From Guillardia theta CCMP2712 (lineage: Eukaryota > Protista > Cryptophyta), in the NCBI RefSeq assembly GCF_000315625.1, contig NW_005434651.1, forward strand, positions 602,045-665,693: DNA of 63,649 nt, given 5' to 3'. The notes beneath the pieces are model-generated. The model was not told the DNA's origin. It was given only the letters and a program-made list of their open reading frames with translations, and did not search any database. Numbering within the stretch: the first letter of the stretch is position 1; each line of letters begins with the position of its first letter. This document shows positions 41,559 through 52,868 of this stretch, one piece after another. The translations under genes and the position numbers were made by a program.

Positions 41559-42069
41559 GCCTCCTGATCTCGGTGCTGTACCGCTCGTTTCCTAGCTGCT
41601 GGATGAAATAGGAAAAATAGGAGGCCATCTATATAATTGTAAGGGCCAAAGCTACTACGACGAGGTCCTAGCTATGCCGGTTATAGGAAGCCTTAGCCTT
41701 CCAAACAAGAAAGTACTTGAAGGCGATCAATAGATCCTTGTGAAGGTATCAATTAAGTTTGGGGGACAGCAGTCGGCAGGATTAGGTTTGGTTCTCGCTG
41801 TCTTTTCTCTTCTCGCCGTTTGGCCTGTGCGACAGTGTCAGGGTCAGGCCTCCTCGACTCTCCTGATTGTCCTCGTACTGATTTTAACTTAACTTTGAGT
41901 AAAAAGATCCTTGTGTACGTATCCCATTGCTTCTGACACAGTTGTCAGCACCGTTTACCGGATGAATCTCCTCAGTGATCTCGTCTCGCCCCGGGGCCGG
42001 CCGGACCGTATGGCAGCCTGCCAGTGCGACAGTGCCTTTACTCAAGCATGGGTTAATCCTGGACCGTAC

Positions 42070-42111
42070 TTTTGAGCTTCCGATGCTTCGAGATGAAGTT
42101 TTGATGACAAA
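42070..42111 (+). repeat. 42-bp dispersed copy of 39800-39841
   Basis: 39/42 identical positions, same orientation, 2270 bp apart. Confidence 0.92.
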
Positions 42112-42358
42112 CGGCCCAGGCACGGGCCCGCGGCCTGGCACAGTGAAAATGAAAAGTTGCCGGGTAGCTCACTCCGAAGTTCTTCAATTTCCCCAGTGCG
42201 CGTCAGCTCAAAGGCCTCCCTGTCCTTCGCTGCCACTGGCATCATCGCGGGTGCCGAGTGCGTTCCGAAGTTCCGGTATGCGTCTGGGCGCCCCCCCGGG
42301 CCGCCCGGCCGCCGGGCCCGTGCCGGGCAGCTTGCCGGGTCTGGTCGTCGGCGAGGGG

Positions 42359-44610
42359 ATGAGGTCGACAGGCATGGGGAAGAGAACGAGAGAGCGGTCG
42401 ATGGGGGGGAAGAAGGAGGAGGGAGGCGAAGTGGAGGAGACCATGCGCGATCTCTTCGAGCTAGTGAAGGTAAGCATGCTCTTTCCACATGGTCCGGACA
42501 GAATCTTCAGCCCTTCCTCGTCCTGATCCTTCACCCCTCAGTTCTCCTGCTCTCCATAGTGCAGTACTTTACCCATGATCCTCCTTGTTTCTCCTGGGTG
42601 TATGACGACGGTTCTGTCTTGCTTCTCCAGGAGGCAGGTACAAGCGCAAACGAGAAGGATCTTGGTACAGGGAGAGCGAAGAGCTTGATCTCCAACATCC
42701 AGTCGATGATGGGGCAGGCGCAGAGCTCGAAATCTGTCTCCACGGTGCTGCAAGCGGTGAGAGCATGGCGACAAAGATTGTTCTGCTCAATGAAGCTCCA
42801 TGCAGGTTGCAGCTCAATGCAGCGATCCCGATGGATCACGAGCCGTCAAGATCATCCTTGGTGTGCTGAGCAAGTCGGACATCACCTCAGTACGGATTTT
42901 GTGGTGTTTGGGACGAATTCTCGCCTCCATGCATAACGAGCAGACTTCAGCATTCCACGAGGAGATTGTCAAGGTGAGGAGAGAAATCAATCATCCTTCC
43001 TCTCCTGTCTTCTGTCCCGTTCGATCTCGTGGTGACCCGATGGTCGCAGGCGCTGCAGGTGATCATGCAGCGGGTAGAGGGGAAGGCAGAGCTGGAGACG
43101 CTTCTTTTTGTCGTCGTCTGCCAGGTCCTCTTCGTCTCGGAGGATCAGACGAGAGGCTCTGACGTCATCGTGGGCTCAGGCGTGCGAGAGCAAGATGGGG
43201 ATGGAGCGAGTCTCGAAACACAGTGAGATGGGACATCAAGCACACCATGCTGGGGAAGAGCGACCGGAGAAACATTCCCATCATGGCGTAGACGACGAGA
43301 GGATCTTCGAAGCAGACAGGAAGATGCTGAGTGGTTTTACCTCCTCGTCGCCTCCACGCATCCATGCTGATCACCCTGTTGGAAGGAATCATCGGGATGG
43401 GAGAGCACAGCGGGGGAGCGCGGGACATTGCGAGTGGGCAGGACGCGGAGGACGACGTTGAGATGCAAGATGCCGCGAGGCAGTCCGAGAGCAACTCGAC
43501 ACTGGTGACTTACTCTCACACGTTGCCCTGATCCACGGTGACCCGAGCTTGCAAGGTCTGGAGGGAGAGGCTGATTTCTATCTCCTCCCTGGCGCTCCTT
43601 GGCCCTTCCCCGCGGACTCTACAGGCACGCTGACCCTGTTGAGCTCCCATTCGGTGACTGACCCGACCAAGGTTGTTCATGACATGTGTAAGGACGATGC
43701 ATCCCTGCTGGATCAGATATGGAGCAGAGCGTACACGGACCATGTGAGTTTGACGCTGAAAGATTGGACGGAGCATTCAATCCCGTTCACCGGCCCCCTA
43801 CTCTCCCCAGTTGTTTCTTTCCTGAGTCTCCCTTGTCTTGACTTCTTTGGAATTTCCTCTTTTACCGGGCGCGTTGACCCTGGCTATCTGCAGATACTTC
43901 TATCGACCAACGGCCACTCCTTGAAGGACAGCTCCCATACCGAGTTCAACGAGGACGCTGACATGCCGCTGATGAAGCTTTCCCTGCATGCTCCATCATT
44001 CTGCTCGCTGTTGCTGCCGTGAGCGAATCTCCTGCTCCTGCTCCTCCTACTCCTACTCCTACACCTACTCCTACTCCTGCTCCTCCTGCTCCTGCTCCTC
44101 CATCTCCTTCTCCTACTCTTGCTCTTCCTCCTTCTGACACGTTTCAAGTCGATGCATCATCGCCCTGCGGGAAGTTTTGTGCAAGTCAATCGCTTCACAG
44201 CGCATGTCCCCTTGCCTTGTGGTACTCAAAGTTCCTGACGTTCTCCTGCCCTCCCCCTTCTCCCCCTTCTCCCCCTCAGTCTCTGCCCGCCTCTTCGCTC
44301 CCGGGACCCTCCTTCTCCCTCACCACGATCCTCAATTCCCCTTCTACCTCACCCACCACTACCTCTTGCTAACTTTCACGCCTGCAGACCTTGAGCAAGC
44401 TCGTTTCCGAGTGGCTGAATTCGTCTGTTCGATTCCTGTCGACGCAGATCCCCCGAGGTAGCACTATCTTCCCGAGTCTTGTCCTGACTATCACTCCTCC
44501 CATTCCCAGTCGTTGACCTCATCTACATCTGCTCCCTGTGGCCTTACGAATTCTACGACGCGAGCGCGAGCGGCAATGCCCTGCTTGCAGACTTCATGAT
44601 GGGTACTTGA
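42359..44610 (+). CDS. Multi-exon hypothetical helical protein
   Basis: Chain of GT-AG-bounded coding-like exons from MRSTGMGK.. to ..LLADFMMGT*; family not recognised. Confidence 0.55.
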
Positions 44611-44656
44611 CCTTGAGACCTCGCCTCCCTCCTTGGCTGACGAGCTTCCAGCCCTC

Positions 44657-46050
44657 TCAGATGTTTCCCCTGCGGAGGATCAAGGTCCTGTCTCGCAGGA
44701 GGATATAGCGATTGTTAGCAAAGCTATCAAACAGCTGGACGCCCCCCGCAACGAAGTTGCCACGGACAAGCTTGCCCAGGTGCCTCGACATGGCTGATCT
44801 TGAGTAGTCACACGAGGAACAGATACTCATCGCAGCGTCTTCCCATGGCTGGATCCGACTATCACAGTCAGACATGGTGAGAGGGAGGAGCAGCTTGGTG
44901 TTGATTTCACATGCCTTGCAGGACACTGCAGTGAGTATGCTGGAGAGGAGGCCGATGATGGAGACGTTCATTTCGAGATATCCCATGCTTGTGAAGGGAA
45001 TGGAAGACAGGAAAAAGTTGGTGTGATGATCGACTCTTTCTCTGTCCCAGCAGTTTGCAGGTAACTCAGAGCATCGTTTTTGAAACAGCTCAGGGCCACT
45101 CAGGAGGGGAGATAAAGGTTGTAGGCTGATGGTCGAGGAGGAGAAGGGAGGAAGAGAAGCTTCTTGATATTTTTTTCTGTTTGTAATCCTAACGATGAAA
45201 CCAAAACGCTTGCTGTCTCCCTGACCTCTTCGCCCGTCAAACCTCAAACCACAGACTCGACATGGTTGTGCGGCCTCCCGAAGTTGTGGGTCTGACGATC
45301 CCTAGCAGAGAGCGAGTCAAACGTGTTGGCCAGCAGGCCCTCGGCGTAGTCGTTGATCGTGATGCGGAGGTTGGCGTTGTCGTGGAGCAGGTCCAGCACA
45401 AGAGCATGCAAGTCTCGCTCTACCGCCACTGCGTTGATCCGATCCGCCACCACCTTGAGCCTCGCGTTGCTGTCCCTGAAGAAGTTCCTCACCTTGGCCG
45501 TCGTGCGCTCAACGGGGGAGGCGAACTCGATGCTGGTCTCAGCTAGCCTGCTCTTCAGGTCAGCCACCTTCCTGATGAACCTCGAGTCGCCGCTCCGCAT
45601 CTCTCTGAGCCAGCGCTCCGAGATGTACAGGTCCTGTTCTGAGGCCATCTGCCGCAGGCTGGCAGGCTGGTGGCTGGAGGAGGTCGGTTTCCAACCTTGC
45701 ACTCTCGTCCTCGCCTCCTCCTCTCGCTCATGGAACGACAGGAGCACGTCCCGCGTCTCGGCGATTTCCTGCGCAAGCATCGAGATCTCCTCCATAGCCC
45801 TATCCTCCTCAGCGTCGATCTCATGCTTGAGCTGTTTGATGCGCTGCTGCAGCAAGTCTGAATGATCCCCTCCTTCAAGAGTCAGATCATCTCTAAGCTG
45901 CTTCAGCCTCAAAACCTCCTTGGCCAAAACGCTCTTGCTCAATGACGCTGCCAACAGTTCCGCACTGACGCGCTCTGCCTGGCTCCCCTCCTCTGGAATC
46001 AATGAGATAGGACGATGTTGCTCATCATATCCATTCATCTTGTTCTCCAT
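44657..46050 (-). CDS. Hypothetical coiled-coil protein
   Basis: 268-aa heptad-rich ORF 45244-46050, probably continued by exons in 44657-45247. Confidence 0.6.
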
Positions 46051-47507
46051 GTCGAGCAGTAGAACCGTGGGAAACCTTGGCGACTTGCTCGTCTCTCCAA
46101 TCTACCGCTGTTGCTGTATACACGCTTTGTGCTTCTTTACTTTTGCAATAGTATGCCCCCTCTTTCAGCACTAACACTAATCCGCTCGTTCTCTTCTGCT
46201 CCTTCTCTTGCGTCCCTCTCCCTCTTGTCTCCCGCACTACACCACCATTCCTGCCATCCTCTCCCCGCTTCTATTTCTGTCGGGGTAGTAGCGGGGATGA
46301 GGCCCCATCTGATCGCCCGCCTCCATGCCCGCCTCAGGTTGCCTTGCATTCTTGACAGGATGCTGGGGGATGCGGGCAGAGAAACGGTGGCATTGTAACC
46401 GTAATGCAGTGTAAAGCTCGAAAAGATAGCTTTTCGATTTTACAGCATTGCATCAGCACGGGTTGTTTGCCTGGTCTTTGATGGACATCTGAGGGGTACT
46501 TTTTGTCAGTGGGTGGGTGAAAAGTGGTAGAAGGCTAGGGTAGGTGGTTCCGTTACAACCTCTACAAATTTTTAACACCCACCCCACCCCCAAATGGTGA
46601 TTCTACCGATGTCCCCTTATTTTTCACCCACCCTACATGAATCGGAATATTTCTCTGTAGTGGAAAGTACCCCATGACCCCCCCATGAACAGACCCCCAC
46701 CCATGTAAAGTTTTCGTGCGATTGTAAACGCAGTGGGCTTTATAACCCAAGTTCAATAATTATATATTTAAGCAGTGCGGTCAAATACTAGTACAAATTC
46801 CAGGTTTGGGTAGACTTTTTTGTATAGTTCGAGATTCTGATCAGTATCAGTTTTGAAAATATTAACAGAAATTTAAAGTTATAAAATATTATATATATTT
46901 AAAACCTTGTACGAGCTGCACATGAAGAACACCCTGGGACGTGCAACCTGGGGTGCGATGATGAATATGTGGGGTGGGGGTGAAAAGAAGGGGGTAGGGG
47001 TAGATACAGACTTGGCGGGTATGGGGTGATTTCCCTTCATTTCATTGGAAAAGCAGGGGTGATGGTTTCAAGAAGGGGCTATTACGGAATGAATCAATCA
47101 AAAGTAGGGTCCTCCGAGAGCAAATGGGGGTGGGGGGTCTGAAGAAGGGGGAATCCTAGAATGGCAGAACGAAATGTTGCAACGAGAGAAGATTGTGATG
47201 TTTCATGACATCAAACTCGTACATACATGCATTCTAGTGACGTGATGATGTGATTGAACATGTCAGCTTTCATACACACATGAATTTTCAGTTAGTAGAC
47301 GGGGAGAACGAGATGTGCTAGCCCGATCTGCTTTACTTCACTTGCGACTGCAACGACTTGTGAATTGGGGTTGCTTCATTGCCGATGAACTTTTCGAACA
47401 TTTTTTTTCATTGTCATGACTCATCTGGTTGAACTTCTCCCTGACCCGGGCGCAGGTGAAGGCCTTTGATCCACCCGCATGCGCGTTGCCTTCTAAAGAT
47501 CCCAACC

Positions 47508-49904
47508 ATGTCAACGCGATCGGAAGCTAATCAGCATCTCCCATGCCTGCCATGCTTGATCGTGGACAACTATGACAGCTACACCCATAATCTCTTTCAG
47601 CTGTGCTGGACAGTCTCGGGGGTTCAGCCGATCGTCATCAAGAATGACGACTACGAGGCGTTTCAGACGCTGTCAGCGAGCAAGTCCTTCTCCTCCATCA
47701 TCCTCTCTCCTGGTCCTGGTCGGCCAGACAAGCAGGAGGACTTCGGTCTTTGCATGAACGTGCTCAAGGATCCCCCAGTCCCGGTCCTTGGCGTCTGCCT
47801 TGGGTTCCAGGGGCTCGGGCATGCGTACGGGATGCAGGTCAACCGAGCTCCGGGAGGAGCGGTGCATGGGCGGACGAGCAAGATATTCCACAACAACTCT
47901 CTCCTCTTCCGCGACATCCCGCAGGGCAGCTCGGTGGTGCGGTACCACTCCCTTGCGCTGTGCAGGGCAGACGGGAGCAAAGAACCATTCCCGGTCGACC
48001 TCGAGGAGGTGGCATGGACGGCAGACGGGATTATCATGGGTATTCGGCACAGGAAGCTTCCGCTGTGGGGAGTGCAGTTCCACCCGGAGTCCATCTGCTC
48101 GGAGTGTGGGGAGAAACTACTGAAGAACTTCCTGGAGATCGTAGAGGAGGAGACTGGTCGGGGTGCCATTGCTAGCGCTCGCTCCCCCTCCAACAACCCT
48201 GAGACCTTGGCAGGATTCGGTGAGATGCAGGGGAGCTTGCGGCACCCTGAGGATGCTGGAAGTCTGAGCACGGTGTTCGAAGTCCTGCCGTTCTCGCGGG
48301 ACGCGGAGGTTGTCTTCGGCTCCTTCTTCGCAGAGGAGGAACACTCGTTCTGGCTGGACAGCAACCGGACAGACGCTGATTCACGATTCTCGTTCATGGG
48401 AGGGTCTTCGGGGCCGCTGGCGTTCTACTTGGAGTACTTTGTGAGTGAGAGGAGGGTGGTTGTGGTGAGAAGGGATCGTAGCAGCACGAGGCAGGAGGGC
48501 GTCGATCTGTTCTCGTTCATGCAGGAGCACGTGCGGAATCATCGGGTGGAGGGAGGAGACTTTCCCTTCGATTTCTGTGGAGGTTTCGTTGGGTACATCG
48601 GGTATGAGCTGAAGGAGATCTGTGAGGATGGGGAGAGGACGAGGAACAGGCATGTATCGGAGGACCCGGACGCGGCGCTGGTGTTTGCTGATCGGTTCCT
48701 TGCCTTCGATCACCACGAGGGGAAGTGCTACGTTGTTGCGGTCTCGGAGAGGAACGGGTTCGCCGAGGAGGAGGCAAGGCGGTGGGTCCGGCAGATGCGA
48801 GCTGCCGTCCAGGCTCTCGATGCCAGGAGCGAGCACGAGGCCACGGCTCCCGCGATCCCAGTCGTGGACATGGTCGTCGAGTCGTCTGCTGGTGACCTTG
48901 GAGCTGCTGGCGATGATGGGGAGGACACGCCGTCTGGCCCGGGAGCGATCTCGATGCCTCCCCTGACGCCCTCTGCCCCTGCGCCCTCCCATGGGCCAGG
49001 CTCGGTTCCCAAGGGAGCGTTTCCCCTCATGGACTGTGTGGAGCGGAAGGGAGGGGAGGGCGCGCCGGAGTTCGTGCCGGATGACTCGCAGGTGGAGTAC
49101 ATGAAGAAGATTGACGCCTGCCATGAGTACATCCGGGCCGGGGAGTCCTACGAGCTCTGCCTGACCACGAGGCTACGGAGCCGGTCGAAGATCAACCCTT
49201 ACAAGTTCTACGGCAGGCAGAGGAGGCTGAACCCTGCTCCTTACTCCGCCTTTCTTCGGCTCTCAGAGCACCTGAGCGTGTGCTCGTCCTCGCCGGAGCG
49301 ATTCTTGAGGATATCCCGGGACGGGTGGGTCGAGTCGAAGCCCATCAAGGGGACGAGACGTCGGGGCCTGTGCCCGGAGGAGGACGTGGAGATCGCCAGG
49401 GAGCTGCAGCTTTGTGAGAAGGACAGGGCGGAGAACCTGATGATCGTCGACCTGGTCAGGAACGACCTCGGGCGCATCTGCCAGACCGGCTCGGTGCACT
49501 GCCCGAAGCTCATGAGCATCGAGAGCTTCACCACGGTCCACCAGCTAGTCTCCACCATCCGCGGCCAGCTCCTCCCCCAGCTGGACGCGTTCGACTGTGT
49601 CCGTGCGACGTTCCCCATGGGTTCCATGACAGGGGCACCCAAGAGACGATCCCTTGTCCTACTGGACGAGCTGGAAAGCAGCGCAAGGGGTATCTACTCC
49701 GGCAGCATCGGGTACTTCTCCCTCAACGGCGCGGCGGATCTTTCCGTGTGCATTCGCACGGGAGTGTTCAACAAGGAGGGGATGAAGCTTGGGGCAGGGG
49801 GGGCGATCACCATCCTGTCCAAGGCGGAGGAGGAGTGGGAGGAGATGCTGCTGAAGACCAAGGCGTTGGTGCAGTGTGCTCGGACGTTTTGTGCTGCAAA
49901 ATGA
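47508..49904 (+). CDS. pabAB: Bifunctional aminodeoxychorismate synthase (PabA glutamine amidotransferase + PabB), intronless CDS
   Basis: DNYDSYTHNL, SPGPG, GVCLGFQ, RYHSL, GVQFHPES; GESYELCLT, SSPERFL, KPIKGT, AENLMIVDLVRNDL, GSMTGAPK. Confidence 0.97.
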   Translation: MSTRSEANQHLPCLPCLIVDNYDSYTHNLFQLCWTVSGVQPIVIKNDDYEAFQTLSASKSFSSIILSPGPGRPDKQEDFGLCMNVLKDPPVPVLGVCLGFQGLGHAYGMQVNRAPGGAVHGRTSKIFHNNSLLFRDIPQGSSVVRYHSLALCRADGSKEPFPVDLEEVAWTADGIIMGIRHRKLPLWGVQFHPESICSECGEKLLKNFLEIVEEETGRGAIASARSPSNNPETLAGFGEMQGSLRHPEDAGSLSTVFEVLPFSRDAEVVFGSFFAEEEHSFWLDSNRTDADSRFSFMGGSSGPLAFYLEYFVSERRVVVVRRDRSSTRQEGVDLFSFMQEHVRNHRVEGGDFPFDFCGGFVGYIGYELKEICEDGERTRNRHVSEDPDAALVFADRFLAFDHHEGKCYVVAVSERNGFAEEEARRWVRQMRAAVQALDARSEHEATAPAIPVVDMVVESSAGDLGAAGDDGEDTPSGPGAISMPPLTPSAPAPSHGPGSVPKGAFPLMDCVERKGGEGAPEFVPDDSQVEYMKKIDACHEYIRAGESYELCLTTRLRSRSKINPYKFYGRQRRLNPAPYSAFLRLSEHLSVCSSSPERFLRISRDGWVESKPIKGTRRRGLCPEEDVEIARELQLCEKDRAENLMIVDLVRNDLGRICQTGSVHCPKLMSIESFTTVHQLVSTIRGQLLPQLDAFDCVRATFPMGSMTGAPKRRSLVLLDELESSARGIYSGSIGYFSLNGAADLSVCIRTGVFNKEGMKLGAGGAITILSKAEEEWEEMLLKTKALVQCARTFCAAK

Positions 49905-50368
49905 AATTTTTCCTGATGTTGTACGGTTGCATATCTTGCTGGGTCAGCCCGGGTCCCAGGTATCCAGTCTGTCTTCCTCCTCCTTGGGTGGTTCTTGAGA
50001 GATAGTGAGAGACCAAGAGGACTTGGAGGAGGAGAAGAGAGAGGGAGAGGCCGCAGGGAGGAAGAGGGTAGCAGAGGAGTCGTCTGGGGGGGGAAAGGGG
50101 GAAGGATGGGATCGTACCTTGCTCTTTGCTGGTTTCGGAAGTTTGAAAGGAGAATTCATGCTCGCTACTGAGAGAGTCAGCAATGTCTGCTCGCACCAGT
50201 CCTCGCGCTCCCTCCAACCCTCGTTTGCAGTGACACTCGTCCTCCTTGTCTGCTATCACCTATACCATATCCCACTACAGCTGCTTCCTCCTGCACCTCC
50301 GATGCCACTTCAACCCCTCAGGAAATCTCCCCCATTCACTCTCTCCCAACAACCCTCCTACATCTTCC

Positions 50369-52485
50369 TCACCTCGATCCTTTCTCCTCGCTGGACGTGA
50401 GCGCTGCAATGCTGTCTCTCTCGGGCTCGAACATCGCAACATGGGGGTGGGCGACGATGTTGGAGGAGCTCGACTCCTCCTGCGAAGCAGATCCTGCTGC
50501 CTTTCGCTTCTCCTGCATGCGCCTCTGCCTCTCCCTCAGGAGGCTCCAATGGGATGGAACTCCCAGCCCCTGCGCCAGGGCCTCCTGCTCCTCCTGCTCC
50601 TCCTTGCTCAAGGGTGCCTGCACAACGGTGCAGCTCTCGTCCCGGAACTCGTAAGGGCGGAAGTTTGATAGCCAGAGCTTGCCTNNNNNNNNNNNNNNNN
50701 NNNNNNNNNNNNNNNNNNNNNNNNNNNNNNNNNNNNNNNNNNNNNNNNNNNNNNNNNNNNNNNNNNNNNNNNNNNNNNNNNNNNAGAGGGAGAGGGAGAG
50801 GGAGAGGGAGAGGGAGAGGGAGAGGGAGAGGGAGAGGGAGAGGGAGAGGGAGAGGGAGAGGGAGAGGGAGAGGGAGAGATATGGATGGAAGGGCGGGAGG
50901 GAGGGAGGGAGGGAGGGAGAGGCAGGGAAGCACCTGAAGGAGAGCGCACAAGGAGCAGAGGATGAAGGAGGAGGAGATGACTTCCACTTTGCATCGCTCC
51001 CTCATGCTGATGCCGCAGGAAGTGAACTTGAAGTCCGTGCAACGGACTACGACCTGGGGCCCCACGGAATCAGGAGGAGAACAGCGGCAGTGTAGAGCAA
51101 AGTGCCTCTGCAGAGGAGGAGCAGACGAGCGCTCCTCCGAAGCTCATGTTCTGCAGAGTGCAGCCGTCTAGCAGGAGCTTGCAAGAGTCCCGAGCCAGGA
51201 TGCCGACGGGGCTGCGGGAAGTGACTCGTCAAGCGCAAGCTCACAGTTTCTTCCTTCTTCACCTCTTGGTAATCTCGCAGTTCGCCATGTGCAGACCGCT
51301 GAAGTCCTCCAGCCTGACAGCGAACCCCTCCATCCCCCGTATCCTGCTTCTCTGCATCACGCACTCGCTGTCGTCCTGCCAGTCTTCCATCAGCCACCCT
51401 CTAAGTGCCTCCTCCTGCCCCCCTACCCTCAGGTTGATCCCGGAGTAGGCGAACGCGTGCAGTGTGTTCTTCTCCTTGACGTTCATGTTGTCGTCGTCGA
51501 GCCCTCCGATCTCGCAGTCTACGAGGGACACCACCGATGGCTTGTGAGACAGCATGGTCTTGATGCTGTCCAGCACGACACAGTCAGGAACGGGGTTCGA
51601 ACTGGCAAGCTCGCCGTTCTCAACTCTGAGCGCGCAATCCCCCCCGCAGAAGAGCCTGCATCCCTCGAACTGCCAGCTGGACCCTCTCATCAGGACCGTC
51701 TGCACTTCGTCCAGGTCGTTGCTAGCCGTCCACACCAGGCTGCAGCCCTGCAGCTTGCCTGCGCTGCCCTCCGTCAGAGTCCAGGTGGTGTACACCTTGG
51801 AGGAGGAGTTTTGTCCCCTGATGTTGATCTTCCCGTCTATGACGATGCTCTGCAGGAAGGAAAAGAACGTCCCTCCCTCCAACGTCACGTCCAGGTTCTT
51901 GTCCATGGCCTCCAACAGCCCGGGAGCGAGCGAAGACAGGGCGCTGATGAACGCCCTCGGAGATTCTTTGTGATTCGCCACAGATCGCAAGACGATCTGC
52001 TCTGCTCTGTGTGACAGAAACTTGCTCTTCACCCTTGACCTGTCTCCATCCCCCTGCTGCGCCTCGACAGCAGCAAGCTCCGAAGCCTCTTCATCCTCCG
52101 TCTCGTTGCCTTGCTGTAGACCTGCCTGCATCTCTATGAAGGAGGAGCTCAGGAGTTGTGCACGTCTCGAGTCCTTGAGCAATTGACTCCAAGGAACATC
52201 CTCCTCCTCCTCCTCCTCCTCCTCCTCCTCTTTCTCCTTGTCTCCGCGTTTGGAGCCCAACCTGATCTCGTCTGGGATGTGCCTTGGTCGTCTGCTCCTC
52301 GTCTGCTCCTCCTCTTCACAAGGCATCAGCTCAGGATAAGTTCTTAACTCGGGGATCAGATCGGACAGCTGAAATTCTTTCTGCCTCCTCGATTCGGGCC
52401 TGTGCGATGGCGACCCGCAGATCTCCAGACAGGCCAGGAGGAGGGAGAGTACGAGCAAGAGGCTGCTGCTCTCGCAGTGATACAT
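50369..52485 (-). CDS. Signal-peptide protein with probable right-handed parallel beta-helix; spans the gap
   Basis: Hydrophobic N-terminus (LLLVLSLLLACLEICG); beta-helix-like strands (WQFEGCRLFCGG, SLVDCEIGG, LHMANCEI, CTDFKFTSCGISMRERCKVEV); 3' end uncertain. Confidence 0.6.
50685..50784. other. Assembly gap (100 N) adjoining an (AGAGGG)n microsatellite (50785-50878)
   Basis: Directly visible. Confidence 1.
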
Positions 52486-52868
52486 CGTTACGGCGTTAGA
52501 GTCGCTGCTCTCCTGTCAAGTTATGGACGGAGCATGGAGGAGGATCAGTGACGCGATCATCTCCCAGCAGCATCCCTTGCTCTCTTGACCCATCTCGAGT
52601 TCGACTGGTCAACTCTTCACAGTTACATCTGCTCCTCCCACCCCCCTCTCATTTCACCGATGAAGCCTTCTCCTTCCCTTTCAACTCTCATCTTCTCTAT
52701 CTTCCTCCTCTCCTCCTCCTCTCCTCTCCTCCTCTCCTCTCCTCCTCTCCTCTCCTCCTCTCCTCCTCCTCCTCTCCTCCTCTCCTCTCCTCCTCTCCTC
52801 TCAATTCCAGGGTACTGATCGTCTCAGCGGTCTCATCCCATTTTTTTAATCTTTTACAAGACTTTCCG

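Noticed and set aside
41420-41901. 12-bp inverted match (TACTCAAAGTTA / TAACTTTGAGTA) as possible transposon TIRs
   Set aside because: Short and AT-rich, one copy is an intron 3' region, and no target-site duplication is seen
47572-49642. Long antisense or alternate-frame ORFs over pabAB (and likewise over other genes)
   Set aside because: Expected shadows of high-GC3 coding sequence; no motifs
22959-49904. Metabolic cluster of TrpC-like, asd and pabAB
   Set aside because: Separated by many unrelated genes and in different pathways; no sign of operon-like linkage
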